A stretch of DNA of 64,000 bases from the human T2T-CHM13v2.0 reference genome, Homo sapiens, in the NCBI RefSeq assembly GCF_009914755.1, contig NC_060939.1. One strand, 5' to 3'. Of this stretch, positions 12,465 to 27,238 are shown piece after piece. Every line of letters begins with the position of its first letter. Within the stretch, counting starts at the first letter, position 1. The notes under the pieces were generated by a model. It was not told where the DNA came from. It searched no databases and saw only the letters and a program-made list of their open reading frames with translations. A program made the position numbers and the translations under genes.

Positions 12465-15400
12465 TTATTTATTTCCTGAAAGAAATATGGCAAGGAGGCA
12501 ATTACCTATACTACTTACAAGCTCAGTTTCTTCCATATATCTTTCTGTTCCACCCTTGCTCCCCCGAAATTGCAAACATTAGCAATATTGATGTCCTGCC
12601 AGCATTGATGTAAAAAGCAAAATATTTTGCAATTATGGTAGTTGTTAATATATATTTTTCCATACCTGGGATTTTGAGCACTTATAATTTTTAATATGCT
12701 CTCTCATATGTTCATTCTTTATTCAGGAAAAATGTGAAATTTGAGAATTTTCATGGCAGAATTTGTTGGTTTTACTTTTTACTGCTTTTTTGTTACTTTA
12801 GGTGATTCCTGTGTGTGTCTGTGAGTATGTGTGATTACAGAACCTGTGCTATTTCCTCTTCCCTCCCAGCCTTTCTCACTTGGTTCTGTAATAAGTGAAC
12901 TTGTGCCTACAATTAACATCAAAACTACACAATGCACTGCTCTACTATTCCACAGTGATCACTCCCCTTCCCACCCTGCACAACAACACTATCATTGAGA
13001 CATGAAATAATCAATTAATGAGGGAAAACAACAAAAGACTTTGTTTCTTCTTACAAGACAGAGAAAGCTGAAGGAATATTATCCTTCCTAGGGCCATATT
13101 GAAAATGATGAAAATGTGTTGTGTTTGGTGTAGATGTCAAATGTTTAGGAAGACACAGAACTAATTCAACTGTATACCTCCCACACACTTACACAAACTG
13201 TTTATATTAGCATGAATGGTTTGTTACATGCCCAAGAACGTTTGGGGCACCATTTACAATCAGGGATGAAACTAATCAGAGTAACGTACCACCTGGAGTT
13301 GCTTTTAGCAACGGTGTGGTAACTGAGACCAGAAATAATGAACAAATTTTTTTTTGTTTTTTTTAATTGACGGTTTTAGTTTTGTGTATTTCTCTTTTCC
13401 CTTCCAGCAGCCTTATATTATACCAAAATGAGAACACAATCCTGTTCAACTTATGACTTATGAAGAATACTGAGAAAATCTAAATATAGTGAAAAACAAA
13501 TGACTGTCACTGATAGTCAGGATAAAATATTTCAGCCTTGTTTTTTAGAGGATGAGGTTATTTTACATATCCCAAATTAACCTCAACAGGAAAACTGCCT
13601 TTTTTTGGGGTAATTCAGGAAAACAGAATGAAATTTATGAATAGCAAGAATATGCAGTCATTTAAGACAATGGACATTCTTTTTGAAAATTTTTTTAAAC
13701 ATCAACTTGAATCGATTAATGAGAAACAGAGGTAGACAAAGCCCAACGGGATCTGTCTTTCCCAGGCATATGTATTCTTCCTGTTAGTAGGGTCAACATG
13801 GGGAGAATAAATAGCAGTGAGCAAATACTTCTTTTTAAAATGATACTATGCATTACAATTTATTACTAGAAGATAATTTGTCAAATGGAACTCCATTAGT
13901 AATTTTTCCTTTCCAGAATGATATAACTTTGAAAAATGAATATTATTAAATACAGGAAGTAACCTAATTCACAATGAATTCATCTTCATCATTACTGATA
14001 ATGATAATCACTCACAAGACATATCCTGATGTCCTTTGCCTATTCATTCATTAACCAAACTGGTAAATCATCACTTAAATACATGGATTACCCATGAATA
14101 TCAGTCATATGTCCCTGTAAGCTATCCAGCTATGTTCCACATTTTATCTAACGGGTAGGACATTGGTTGAGATTTTTGATATATTTGTAATTTGGGGGAC
14201 AAAGCTTAAAGAATCATTATAACTTCTAAGCACTTAATTCTAAGTAATTCAGACTGAATTTCTCATAATGTTTGTCAGGCAAAAAAGAAAAAGCAACTTT
14301 GATATTTGGGAATTTCACAATTCTGAAATATGTGACACACAGTTCTTAAAGCAATGATTCATCCTCTAACAAATAATACAAATGAGTTTATCTATTATTT
14401 TGAGTCAACACATTCCTCCTGACATATATTTCTTCTCAAATAGCCTAAAGTTCCTTTCCAATATGTTAAACAACCATTATCCTCCAGATCTGAACTAAAA
14501 AAAACAAGGAACACATCATTGAAAGGTCTTGCCATGAGTCATTTGACAATTATCTCAGAATAATTATCCTTGGAATCCTGACTCACAAATAATATAGCCA
14601 TTCAACCCACCTTCTTTGTGCAAAAGCTTAATGTGAAATGGGAACCAAGGAAATAAACGTCTGTCTCCAATATTCAGAACATCTGCATGAGTAAAAATTA
14701 TTCAAAAAGGTACCATGAATTTTTAAAATGAAATGCAGCATGTAAAAATTAAGCACCTGGTCTTTTTCTTTATATTTCATTTAAAAATTCTAAATAGACT
14801 ATCACCAGCTGTACATTTTACTGCATTTTATATTATGGCAGGCAGTCAAGGTAATACTGCATCCTTTCTCATCTGAAAACCACATAAAAATTAATTTAAA
14901 AAAGAAAGAAGAAAAGGGTGGATCATCCCTTTTGTCAGGTGCAACAAGGAATTTAAGGATGCCACACAAACTGAGGAGGCCATAAAAATGGTGCAAAAAG
15001 AAATTAAGAAATTTTATTTCAAATGAAGTCCTTGAGATAAAGGAAAAGAATATTGTTTCATTTATTGTTAATTCAAACTTCCTAAAAGAGTCATAGGAAT
15101 TAGATAAGAAATTTCATTTAGCTTTGGAGAAATGATGTACTTAATTTATAAGTAAAATCTGGGAAAATACATGAAGATGTCATCTTATTGGCTATTTTTA
15201 CTCATATAACCTAATGAATCATCAACCAACCAAAAAGAATGTACATGCTATAGCCAGGAAGCAACACTTTGTAAACTTGATCATTGATTGGCACATACTG
15301 TAGTACTGATACCAATCCAGTTTCCAGATTTTTAAGAGAAACAAGGGATAACTGGCAGAAAAAAAAATCCTAAGATAAGCAAAAATCATTAAGTCTCAAA

Positions 15401-15744
15401 TTGGCAGATAAACTTAGATTGCAAGTGGCATTTCTAATTGTTTTGCACAAACCTTATTTAGAAAGATTTTTAAAGTTTGCCTCTTTAAAAATATTTTTTC
15501 TGTAACATTTTAAATATTTACTGATAAAATGCTTACTTTATAAAAATGCAGAAACAATGTTTTTTTAATTTCTATTTGATCAGTTTTTTCTATGTCTATA
15601 ATCATGTGATATGAACATCAGTCTCTTTGATATGACTGTTTAAAGATATAGAAATTCCTATATCTTTATAGTCTCTATCCTGGAATCACGTAACTCCAGT
15701 TTAAATCCAACTTTGTCATCCATGCCTCAGAATTTTTTTTTAAT

Positions 15745-15840
15745 CACCAAGTATGTACCGAGCACTAATGAGTGCCAAGTACTGCTCTTGGTGACAAGGA
15801 TAAAAAGTGAGCAAAACAAATATGGCTCACACCCTCTGCT
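15745..15840. mobile_element. L2 3'-end fragment
   Basis: caccaagtatgtaccgagcactaatgagtgccaagtactgctcttggtgacaaggataaaaagtgagcaaaaca resembles the common L2 tail motif. Confidence 0.6.
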
Positions 15841-18049
15841 TCATCTCTAAAATGAAAAATAGCCTTGAGAATAGCATCTTAATAAATGTTAGTCCCTATT
15901 CTAGTGTCTCTGCATCTGTTGTTAATGGAAAGTTGCAAGCTCATGCAGAATCAATACCAGATAGATAAGGTCCTTTAGGTGAGTGACAATATGCATGCGT
16001 TGTTTGGATTTTGGAAAATATTCATTGCCTCTAACAACAATTTTTTCTGTAGTCCTAGTAGTCCTAGTTACACAATAAGATATGAAAATAAGATATTACT
16101 GTATTTCCAGTTTTGAAAGAAAAGTTGAGTCTTTTTATTTTTTTATGGTGCTTGTTCTTTATGAGAAAGCTAGTTTATTATGGTAATTTTAGCCATTGCT
16201 TTAACCACAAAAAGATATATAAAACTTTTGTTCAAGAACACTCCTACATGATTTTAGCTCATATACCCATCATCTGAAAAAACTGAAATTCCTTTTCTAC
16301 TAAACAACTCAATTATCATTTAGAAGCTTTGAGACATGCAATAAATTATTGGCTAGAGGAAAAATGTTTATTGTTTAGAAATGCTATGAAATACTAAATA
16401 TCACCAAGGTATGAGTTCAAGCATACTGTGTATATTCCTTTAAGACACAATACTATGCTATATTTCATGAAAATAACTTGAAAATTCTATAATATTTGCC
16501 TTTTAAACCATAACCCGAGAGGGGGAGAAATGAGAAATTAGATAGGGACTTACTTCTTTGATATTAGGCTATAGCTGATACCAAATTTGCAAAGGCAAGT
16601 AAAATCATGATGTTAATATTATAGAACTTAACCAAAAAACTAGAAAAATATAACTCCACATTGCATCCTATTGCCTATAAAATCCTCAGAAAGCAGAATA
16701 TGATTGTCAGCATTATTGCTAGGAAAAATATAATAGTAATAGATAGTAGTCTCATTATTTCTTTTATTTACTACAAAAAAAGGATTGAGTGTGATACCTT
16801 TTTAACAGCACATTATCTCACCTTAGAATATGGCTGCATAAAAACTTATAAAATTGTGTGGGTTTTAAATTTCATTTAAGTTAGAATTTTTCCATGTGTT
16901 CGATTTTTTGAAATTTCTAACATTTGATATTTGTATGAGTGATCAATAGTTTGTTTTCCTTCTTTGTTGTTCTTTTTATGACTCTTCCTCAACTTCTATT
17001 ATATACAGCTTGAAAAAAATTCTTAATATTTAATAAATGTTAGGGTCCTTAAGAATAAATTTAGTTTTAATGAAAAGAGAATTTTAACATCCTATTTAAT
17101 TTGTACTATAACTTCTCATTACTCTCCCCACTCCCAAAGAAGGGCAAAAACGTTTTCACAAAAAAAAAAAAAAAGCTATTTTAGTGACCTTTTGTCCCAC
17201 CCTAAGAGGAAGAGATCTGACAGGTAGATATATGGAGAGTTTGTTATTGTAAATTCCAGATCTTGTGATTATCTCTGACTCAACTTCTGGGGTTTTATCT
17301 GGAATTCCTGTGAAGGGTCAACAAGTGTATTACTGCCTGTCTTCACCTTCTTGTGACCCTAATTTTAAGACGGCACCTTATAGGATTCAGAAAGTAGATT
17401 ATAGTGCTGCATTTCCGCAGACTAATTTTAGAATGGGATGTGTCCAAAAATATATCATTAGCTCAAGCAACCAGAAATATACAACTTTTGATGTATTTAT
17501 GTCTATCTACTTTAGTTTACATTTAATCGTGGAACTTAAAGGAAAAAACCTAGTAACTTTTTGACTTCAATAATTCTCCAGAGTCAAATGTTCCATTGCA
17601 CTATTTCTTTTTGGGTAAAACCTGTTTTTGTAGTATTGCTGTAGTTAAATAATCTCAAGTATGAATAAGTAGATGTAGATGTGTCTATAGTTATATAAAT
17701 ACACCTTAATAGATAAAAGCATAGCAGAGATTCATATTAAAATTTTGGGAAAATAAACAAATATGTATTCAGCAACACATTCTTACAATATAACTCATCC
17801 ATGTATGTTAGAAAAATAAAAAGAGCAATTTCTGAATAAATTTTAAGTATAAATTTAATAAGATCAATGGCCCCTAACCTCTAATTATTGCTCCATAATC
17901 CTTAAACACTGGTTAAGAATAACAGGAGTATTATTGTCATAGGATGGTGGAAATTGGTTTGATAAAAAGAACACTTGTTAAATGGATAACAAATGTACAA
18001 GAAAAGAAATTTAAGAAGAATATTTAGAAAATATTCTGGAAGGAGGGAC

Positions 18050-18255
18050 TACAGTGTAATGCTTACAGAAGGATGTGATTTCGATGTTCTATAACATGTT
18101 TCAGACAACTTACTAAATGTGTGGTCTTGCATTATTTAACCTCTGTCACCCCATTTTTTTCCATCAGTAAAAAGAGTATAAAATTGTGCCTATCTCATAG
18201 GTCTGATGTGAGAATTGAAAGTTAAATGCTTGACATAATAGCTGGCATAGCAGAG
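18050..18255 (+). mobile_element. MIR SINE
   Basis: MIR core-like: acttactaaatgtgtggtcttg...tttaacctctgt...catcagtaaaa...cctatctcatagg...gtgagaattgaa. Confidence 0.75.
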
Positions 18256-19441
18256 ATTGTTGTGGTTGTTGTTGTTGTTGTGTTCTGAAAATATCCATTG
18301 TATATTTAACAAACACAATAATTGAATGATAACAAATGTAAAAATTAGATGATAGGAAAATATAATAATTGGATGATAAAACTTTCCAAATAATATAGAT
18401 TATTGAAAATGTTACTATAGCCTAAAATATTGAGACCCAATTAATGTCAAATGCAGTGTGGCATAAAATTAAATTCTTATTATGAGAAAAGGAAAAAAAA
18501 CTTCAATAAAGAACCCAGCCATGAATTTGGTTCATTGTCTGAAGCAGAATAATACATGGAAATTCATAAGCTGTGGGTGCAACCGTCTTTTGTGTCATAC
18601 TTTATTCCTTTGACATTGTTGAAGACTTATGACAAACCGAAAGTGGAGAACATTTGAAAATTAAAAGCACACACACACACAAAAATGCCTCTAAGAGTAA
18701 TGATTATGTGAGATAAAGAAATCTAACATATTTATATTTTTGCCAACAATTTCACCAACAATTTTCACTGTTCCTCTTAATTTCAGAAAAATTTCTGCCA
18801 TGTTAAATATATTTTTGCAAACAAATAGAATCCTCATAGTCATTTAAAGACATAGAAGACTGAGACATAAAAATCTATGAGACAATTTCCAGTCATTATC
18901 ACATCTGATGGAAGCTTTTCCTTTATATCAAGTGTTGATGGCAACTTTTGTCAAGCTTCAACTAAATATCCCATCATAATTCTAATTGTGCCTTCACACA
19001 TACCTTTCCATTCATTTTGGTAAAAATGCTTGTTAATGCCCTTGTAGTTTAAAAAAGATCAATGTAATCAGTAGCTTTATGATTAAAAAGACTCATAAAG
19101 AGCTGATGTTTACATACATTTGACAGAGCAAGTTTGTCACTTGGTCAGTTCTGCTTGGTCTGAAATTATTATTTTTTTTTTACCTATTTTTGTGATCTCT
19201 CTTACATTGTTGCCTAAAACTATTTATTATCTTAACATTGATATTTTATATGTTTAATTCACCTTTCAAATATTTATCACCAGACCTTTTGCAGGTATCT
19301 TGATGAAGTAACCTAATTATCTACTTATCAGACAAAATCATGAGTAATCAGAAATATTTACATGAGATCTTTGATTCATTATGTACTGATATTAAATATA
19401 CTGCCCTATCAACATAAAAGAGAATCTTGATTATCACTTAA

Positions 19442-19834
<393 letters not shown>

Positions 19835-19849
19835 TGATTATTTCTTTTA

Positions 19850-20173
<324 letters not shown>

Positions 20174-20559
20174 GAACATTGTACATAGATCTCAAAACAT
20201 TGTATAGATTACAATTTATATATTTCTTTTTTATGTTAACCAAATTTTGTTATTACCTATTCATAAAGAAGAATATATGCAACATGCATGAAGAGTTTAT
20301 AAAATAATAATAAAATGAATATCAGTGTTCTCACCACTCAACTTATGTAACTGGAACCTTATGAATATCTCTGAAACTTCCCATTTGTCATCCTTGCTTG
20401 GAAGTCCTATCTTCCTACCAGACATACCAATAAATTTTATATTATTCATTCTTTTCTTTATGAGTTTTGCTGTTCATAACTGTTCATAACTTTTTCACAC
20501 CTTTTTCTCTGGCTTGTTGGGTTATTTGTCTATTTAATTTTGATTCACAGAAATATACT

Positions 20560-20722
20560 ATATGTGACATGTTATATATGATACTAATAATACATATGAC
20601 TAATATTTTATGATATAAATTGATTCTATTTTAATTATATTATAGTTATATTATCTTATATAATGTATTATATATAGCATAATTATATAATATGTAATAT
20701 ATAATTATATATAAACTATATG
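20560..20722. repeat. AT-rich low-complexity tract
   Basis: Degenerate (TATAA/TTATA)n run. Confidence 0.85.
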
Positions 20723-20825
20723 ACACTAATCCTGTTTTTTGTCTTCTCACTTTTTTAATAAATAGAAGTTCATTTTAATGTAGGTTTTTGATATTAAATA
20801 ATCACCTACTCCAATTTCATGAAGA

Positions 20826-23408
20826 TTTTTTTAATTTTTAATTTTTATAGGTACATAGTAGGTGTATATATATATGGGGTACATGAAATATTTTGACACG
20901 GACATGCAATACATGATAATCACGTCAGGGTAAATGGGGTATCCATCACCTCAAGCATTTATCCTTTCTTCGTGCTACAAACAATCCAGTTCTACTCTTT
21001 TAGTTATTTTTAAATATACAATAAATTATTGCCGACTCTAGTCACCCTGCTGTGATATCAAATACTAAGTCTTATCCATTTTTATCTAGCTATATTTTTG
21101 AAGCTATTAACCATTCCCACTTCACCTATGCACTCCACTACCCTTCCCAGCTTATGGTAACCACCTTTCTACTCTCTATCTCCATGAGCTCAATTGTTTT
21201 AATTTTTAGCTCCCACAAATAAGTGAGAATTTGTGAAGTTTGTCTTTCTGTGCCTGGCTTATGCCACTTAATGTCCTCCACTTCAGTGTTATTGTAAATG
21301 ACAGGATTTCATTCTCCTTTATGGCTGAAGAGTATTCCATTCTGTATATGTGCCACACTTTCTTTATCTATTCGTCTGCTAATGGACACTTAGGTTACTT
21401 CCAAATCTTGACTATTGTGAACAGTGCTACAATTATCACAAGAGTGCAGATATCTCTTCAATATACTAATTTCCTTTCTTTGGGGTATAAACCTAGCAGT
21501 GGGATTGCTGGGTCACATTGTAGCTGTATTTTTAGTTTCTTGAGAAACCTCTAAACTGCTCTCCATAGTGGTTGTACTAATTTATATTCCCACCAACAGT
21601 GTATGAGGGTTCCCTTTTCTCTACATCCTCACCAGCATTTGCCATTGCTTGACTTTTGGATAAAGCCATTTTAACTGGGGTGAGATGATATCTCATTGCA
21701 GTTTTGATTTGCATTTATCTGATGATCAATGATGTTGAGTACTTATTCATATACCCATTTACCATTTGGATGCCTTCTTTTGAGAAATGTCTATTCAGAT
21801 TTTTTTTACCATTTTTCAATTAGATTAGATTTTTTCCCTATAGAGTTGTTTGATCCCTTTATATATTCTGATTATTAATCCTTTGTCAGATGGATGGTTT
21901 GCAAATATTTTCTCCTATTCTGTGGCTTGTCTCTTCATTTTGTTGACTGTTTCTTTTGCTGTGCAGAAGCTTTTTAATGTGATCCCTTTTGTCCTTTTTT
22001 GCTTTGATTGCCTGTGCTTGTGGAGTGTTACTCAATAAATCTTTGCCCAATGTCCTGGAAATGTTTCCAATGTCCTGGAAAGTTTCCTTGAATGTTTTCT
22101 TGTGGTAGTTTTATAGTTTGAAGTCTTAGAGTTAAGTCTTTAATCCATTTTGATTTGATTTTTGTATATGGCAAGAGATAGGGGTCTAGTTTCATTCTTC
22201 TACATATGGATATCCAGTTTTCCAAGTACCATTTATTAAAAAGACTGTCCTTTCTCCAATGTATGTTCTTGGCTCATTTGTCAAAAATGAATTTACTATA
22301 TGACATGATTTGGCTGTGTCCTCACCCAAATCTCATCTTGAATTGTAGTTCCCAAAATCCCCATGTGTCATGGGAGGGACCCTATGGGAGGTAATTGAAT
22401 CATGGGGACAGTTACCCCCATGCTGCTATTCTCTTGAGAGTGAGTGAGTTCTCATGAGATCTGATGGTTTTATAAGGGGCTTTGCTCGGCACTTCTCCTT
22501 GCTGCCACCATGTGAAGAAGAATGTGTTTCCTCTTCTGCCATGGTTGTAAGCTTCCTGAGGCCTCCTCAGCTATGCTGAACTGTGAGTCAATTAAACTTG
22601 TTTCCTTTATAAATTGCTCAGTGTTGAATATGTCTTCATTAGCAGTGTGAGAACAAACTAATACACTATAGATGTATGGATTTGTTTCCGAGTTCTCTAT
22701 TCAGCTCCATTGGTCCATGTGTTTGTTTTTATACCAGTACCATGCCCTTTTGGATACTATAGCTCTGTAGGATAATTTAAGTCAGGAAATGTGATTCCTC
22801 CAGTTTTGCTTTTCCTTTCTTTCTTTTTTTTTTTCTCTCGCTCAGCATAGCTTTGGCTCTTCTGGGTCTTTTGTGGTTCCATATACATTTTAGAATTGTT
22901 TTTTCTATTTCTGTGAAGAATGTCCTTGATATATTTATTGGGATTACATTTGAATCTATTAATTGCTTTGGATAGTATGAACATTTTAATGATATTGATT
23001 CTTCCAGTCCATGAACATGGAATATCTTTCCATTTTTTTTGCATCCTCTTTAATTTCTTTCATCAATGTTTTATGGTTTTCATTGTAAAGATCTTTCACT
23101 TCTTGGTTAATTCCCAGGTATTTTAAATTTTATGTGTAGCTATTGTAAATGGGATTACTTTCTTGATTTCTTTTTCAGATTGTTTGCTGATGGCATATAG
23201 AAATGCTACTAATTTTTATACATTGATTTTATATCCTAAAACTCTTCTGAATTTATTCATTTTAATAGTTTTTTGGTGGAGTCTTTAGGTTTTTTCAAAT
23301 ATAAGATCAGAGATCAGATCATCTGCAAACAAAGATAATTTTACTTCTTCCTTTTCAATTTGGATGATCTTTGTTTCTTTCTCTTGTCTGATGAGCCAGA
23401 ACTTCCTG
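20826..23408 (-). mobile_element. 5'-truncated L1MA-type LINE-1 (3' UTR plus decayed 3' end of ORF2), interrupted by a THE1 LTR
   Basis: L1MA 3' end motif ggtacatagtaggtgtatat...gggtaaatggggtatccatcacctcaagcattt. Minus-strand ORFs carry ORF2 remnants ([30 protein letters not shown]; KKWKDIPCSWTGRINIIKM). Possible decayed TSD catgaagattttt / cataaagatattt. Confidence 0.95.
22301..22665 (+). mobile_element. THE1 (ERVL-MaLR, THE1C/D-like) solo LTR inserted in the L1
   Basis: tgacatgatttggctgtgtcctcacccaaatctcatcttgaattgtag...gaacaaactaataca; TG...CA termini; exact 5-bp TSD ctata at 22296-22300 and 22666-22670. Confidence 0.97.
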
Positions 23409-23409
23409 C

Positions 23410-24150
23410 ATAAAGATATTTTCTAATAATCTGTGCTAAAATTTTGAAGTGCTGGTTTTCAAAGCTAAGTTTTCATGCACCTAGAATTGATTTTTGTGGA
23501 TAATGAGATGTGGATTTAATGATCTTTTACTTACTAAGCCATCATTTTGCCATTATCAACTTTAATCTGTATCAGATCTCAATATCCACACAGATCTGTT
23601 TCTGGGATCTCTATTCTAATTCACCAGTATGCACCATCCCTGCATACTACCAAGCTATCTTATTATAGATTTATGTTAAATATTAATATGTAGTAGAGCT
23701 TAGGTTTTAAAAAGCCTGATACATTGCTCAGATTTGGGAGGCAAAATGCTATCTTTTTTATTTCTGGTGAAGTTTTTACTTTACCTTCTATTTTATTCTC
23801 TTTCAATATAGCTATAGACATATTTCATTTAGAATGTGACTTGTAGCTTTCTTTTTAACCTTTTACTTTGCATCTTTCTTTGTCTTTATATTTTAAAATG
23901 TACCTGAATTTCTTTTCATTTTCATTTGAAAAATATGTATATTTTGCTGAAGAATTTAGTCTATTTACAGTTATTGTGATGTCATTATAATATATTTGAA
24001 ATTATTTTTATTAAATTTTTTCTATTTTTATTACAATTCTCCCTGCGAGTTTTTGAGCTATATTTCATATTTATTCATTTAGTGGTTACTCACCATATTT
24101 AATTTATATTTATTAAAAGGTTTAAGGTTAACAATATTATTAACTGGAAA
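23410..24150 (-). mobile_element. Old L1 (L1ME/L1MD-like) fragments, probably continuous with about 20230-20820
   Basis: T-rich decayed L1 antisense motifs (cacctagaattgatttttgtg; gaatttagtctatttacagttattgtgat). Confidence 0.55.
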
Positions 24151-26396
24151 AATAATAGCATATAAGTTGGGAGGGAACTGTTTAGAATACCACAAGTTTA
24201 TGTCCTTGTATTCTATGAAGAGAAGGTAATATCTAGCAAACTCTACACAAGAAATACTTTATATTTATTTTTTTAATTTTGTGGAATCACATAGGTAAGA
24301 TGACGTGGGGCCTCAAACTGGCAGGAGAAAAGCCTTGTTGTTAGGAATCCTTACAGGAAACTTTTTCCATCCATTCAAAAGTGAATTATCTAAACAACCC
24401 TCCTCTGCAGAGGATTATTGATATTGTTTATTTTTCATTGTCTACTTTTTGTTGTTTTTGCTATGGTTCATCCACTAAACATTTCACCTTTGCAAGAATA
24501 TCAGGCATGAGCTTCCAATTTTTGTAAAACCAACATTTTGTCTCCTCCTTGAGCAGTACATCTAGCCTGTCATACCTAAGCTCTTCTCAAATTACCTGAG
24601 ATGAAGGATAAGGGTTTAGTTGTTATTAATTTCCAAACCTTTGTACACCAATACTTTGGTAAAATACATTAAAAATAGTAAACCTATGTCAAAGTATATG
24701 TTTATAAACATGTAATCTCTTTCAAAGGTACTATTCCAAACCAAAAGATATTCTGTACAAATGAAATTTTTTAGATTTTTGTGTCTCATATTGCCAAAAA
24801 TGGAAGGTTTGCATTTTTTTCTACTCTGGAAAATGTATTTTAGATAACTGTGCTAGGTTCTAAAGTTAACCTTAGAAATTACTTATTTCCTGAAAATATT
24901 GTACTGCTGATACCTGAATTTATTTTCATAACACCTTTATGTTATTTCCTAGTAAAGTAAATAGTAACTCTAAATTATACTCTTTACAAAGATTAAAATG
25001 TTTTTTAACCAAGGTACATGATAGTCAGAGGTAAAACTTTTATTTTTAAGGGCAATACTTTTCAATGTTATAACTATGTGAAAATATTGTATACTCACAT
25101 GCAAACACAGAAATACAGGTTTATAAATTCAATTTGTCGAAAAATTATGTTAACTACTTAGTGAGTTAATTGTCCCTAAATTTGCTTCAATTTAATGTAA
25201 AGTCTTTTCTTATGTGCCATTTACTGTAAAATTTGTTTTTCATATATAATTAAATGGAAGGGGAAAAATATAACATAGAACACAAGATTCATGATAAAAG
25301 AAAACCAGGCACAATGAACCCTGCATTCTAATTTATATGCACTCAGTAAGTGTTATATACAAAGTGTGATGCCAGTTAGATTATATCTTAGACTTTACTA
25401 TATTTGGCATGTCGTTATAAAACACAAATCCAGACAAGAAATAATTTCCTACTGGCAATGTGCTTCACTGAAGAAATTAGAGAGCGATAATGTCATGCCT
25501 GCTGACAGAAGTGCAAAAATTCAATAGAAAAATTAACCTGTGAGACATGTTATCTGACAGTTAATACTGAACCTGTACTATGAAAGGTTAAAGATTTTTA
25601 AGGTTATTGCTGATAATGGAAGAAAACAAAACAGAGTTCATGAGTGATAATTTTCAAATATATGATGTGAAAATAGATCTCTGATTTGAAAGAATAATTT
25701 GCTAACCCATTTCCATCCTGTAAAGAATATTCAAACTTCTCAATCATTTTTCAATATGTTTTGTTTCTTTTCTCTATTGATGTTCTGGCTATTTTGAAAT
25801 TGTATAATCATTATTTCACAGAGCAATGAAAATGAGCAATGTTGAAGGCCTCCTGTGATAGAATTCACATTGACAATGTAGGAGCAGCTGGAGCAAATTT
25901 TTTCTGCCAAACGTAATATTTAACCCAATGTTTTGGAAATCACTTGTAAGATTGACTAAAAAAAATTTACCCGCTAATGATGCATTTCCTCACCACCCTC
26001 TTCATGAGTGTTGTAAATTACAAATTTCTTATTAGGTTGGAGAAATGAATACATTCCTACCAAAACATTTATATGTGGTCATTTTTGTTACATTCCCAAG
26101 ATCATCATGATAAAACTTTAATGCATTTTAATAAGTAAAGGAGAATGAAAATTCATTACCTCCTACAAACTATATTTTATTTAATTACTAAACGAACATA
26201 GTTTTAAATACACAATTTGAAATTGCTAATATCTGTTGAAACAGAATTTATAGGTGAGCAACTGTACCCTAAACCACTTATATTTTTGTTCAATAGCAGA
26301 TGAGAAACAGCATTGAAACATTTCTATGACTATTGATACCTTGTAGTAATCTTGAAATAAGTAATGAAGATATCTCAGCTCCTTTCCCAGAAACGC

Positions 26397-26675
26397 TTTT
26401 TTTTTTTTAGACAAAGTCTCGCTCTTTCACCCAGGCTGGAGGGCAGTGGCATGATCTTGGCTCACTGCAACCTCCCAGGTTCAAGCGATTCTCCTGCCTC
26501 CTGAGTAGCTGGGATTACAGGCACGTGCCACCACGACCAGCTAATTTTGTTATTTTTAGTAGAGACAGGGTTTTACCATTTTGGTGAGGCTGGTCTCGAA
26601 CTCCTGACCTCGTGATCTGCGTGCCTCGGCCTCCCAAAGTGCTGGAATTACAGACGTGAGCCACCGCGCCTGGTC
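26397..26675 (-). mobile_element. AluS (Sc/Sg-like) with small internal deletions
   Basis: Reverse Alu with cctgacctcgtgatc; decayed TSD aaacgctttt / aaacactttt. Confidence 0.95.
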
Positions 26676-27238
26676 TCCTCAAACACTTTTATAATGATAC
26701 GCTATTCCGTTAAAAAATGTTTGTGTATTCATTCACATAAACTTCTAATAATATATTTGGTAAAATGTGCTTAGTTTACATATCAAATATTCTTCTATAA
26801 AATTTCATTCATCATCAAATATACAACTTCTACATTTTCTCTCTACATATGTTATGAAGGTAGTATTCCTTAATAGTACATTCTGTTATGAACTACATAA
26901 GAACTATACTGGTTAAAATTTGTTAATGTTTCAAAGGCTATTCCTGAAAGTAATAACTAAAAATGTTATATTCAAAAATTATTACAGTTAGAAACTTTAC
27001 TACTCAATTATATTATGCTAAAATTTTTGTGTGTATACTAATCCAGTATAGAATATATATAAAGTATTAAATATCAATCAAAAGTCATTTGTATTAATTA
27101 TACGCAAACAATAAATTATGCAAAATGTCGTCTGTTTAGATTGAGCTGCACCTAAATTTTAAACAAGAAGCTTTCAGAAAGTTGTTAAAGGCATTTATTA
27201 AAAAGAGAGAAATTATTAAAGTTGACTTTAATAGAATG

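Noticed and set aside
21240-23126. Cluster of ORFs with RT-associated motifs
   Set aside because: These are frameshifted remnants of L1 ORF2 in a truncated, LTR-interrupted element, not a functional gene.
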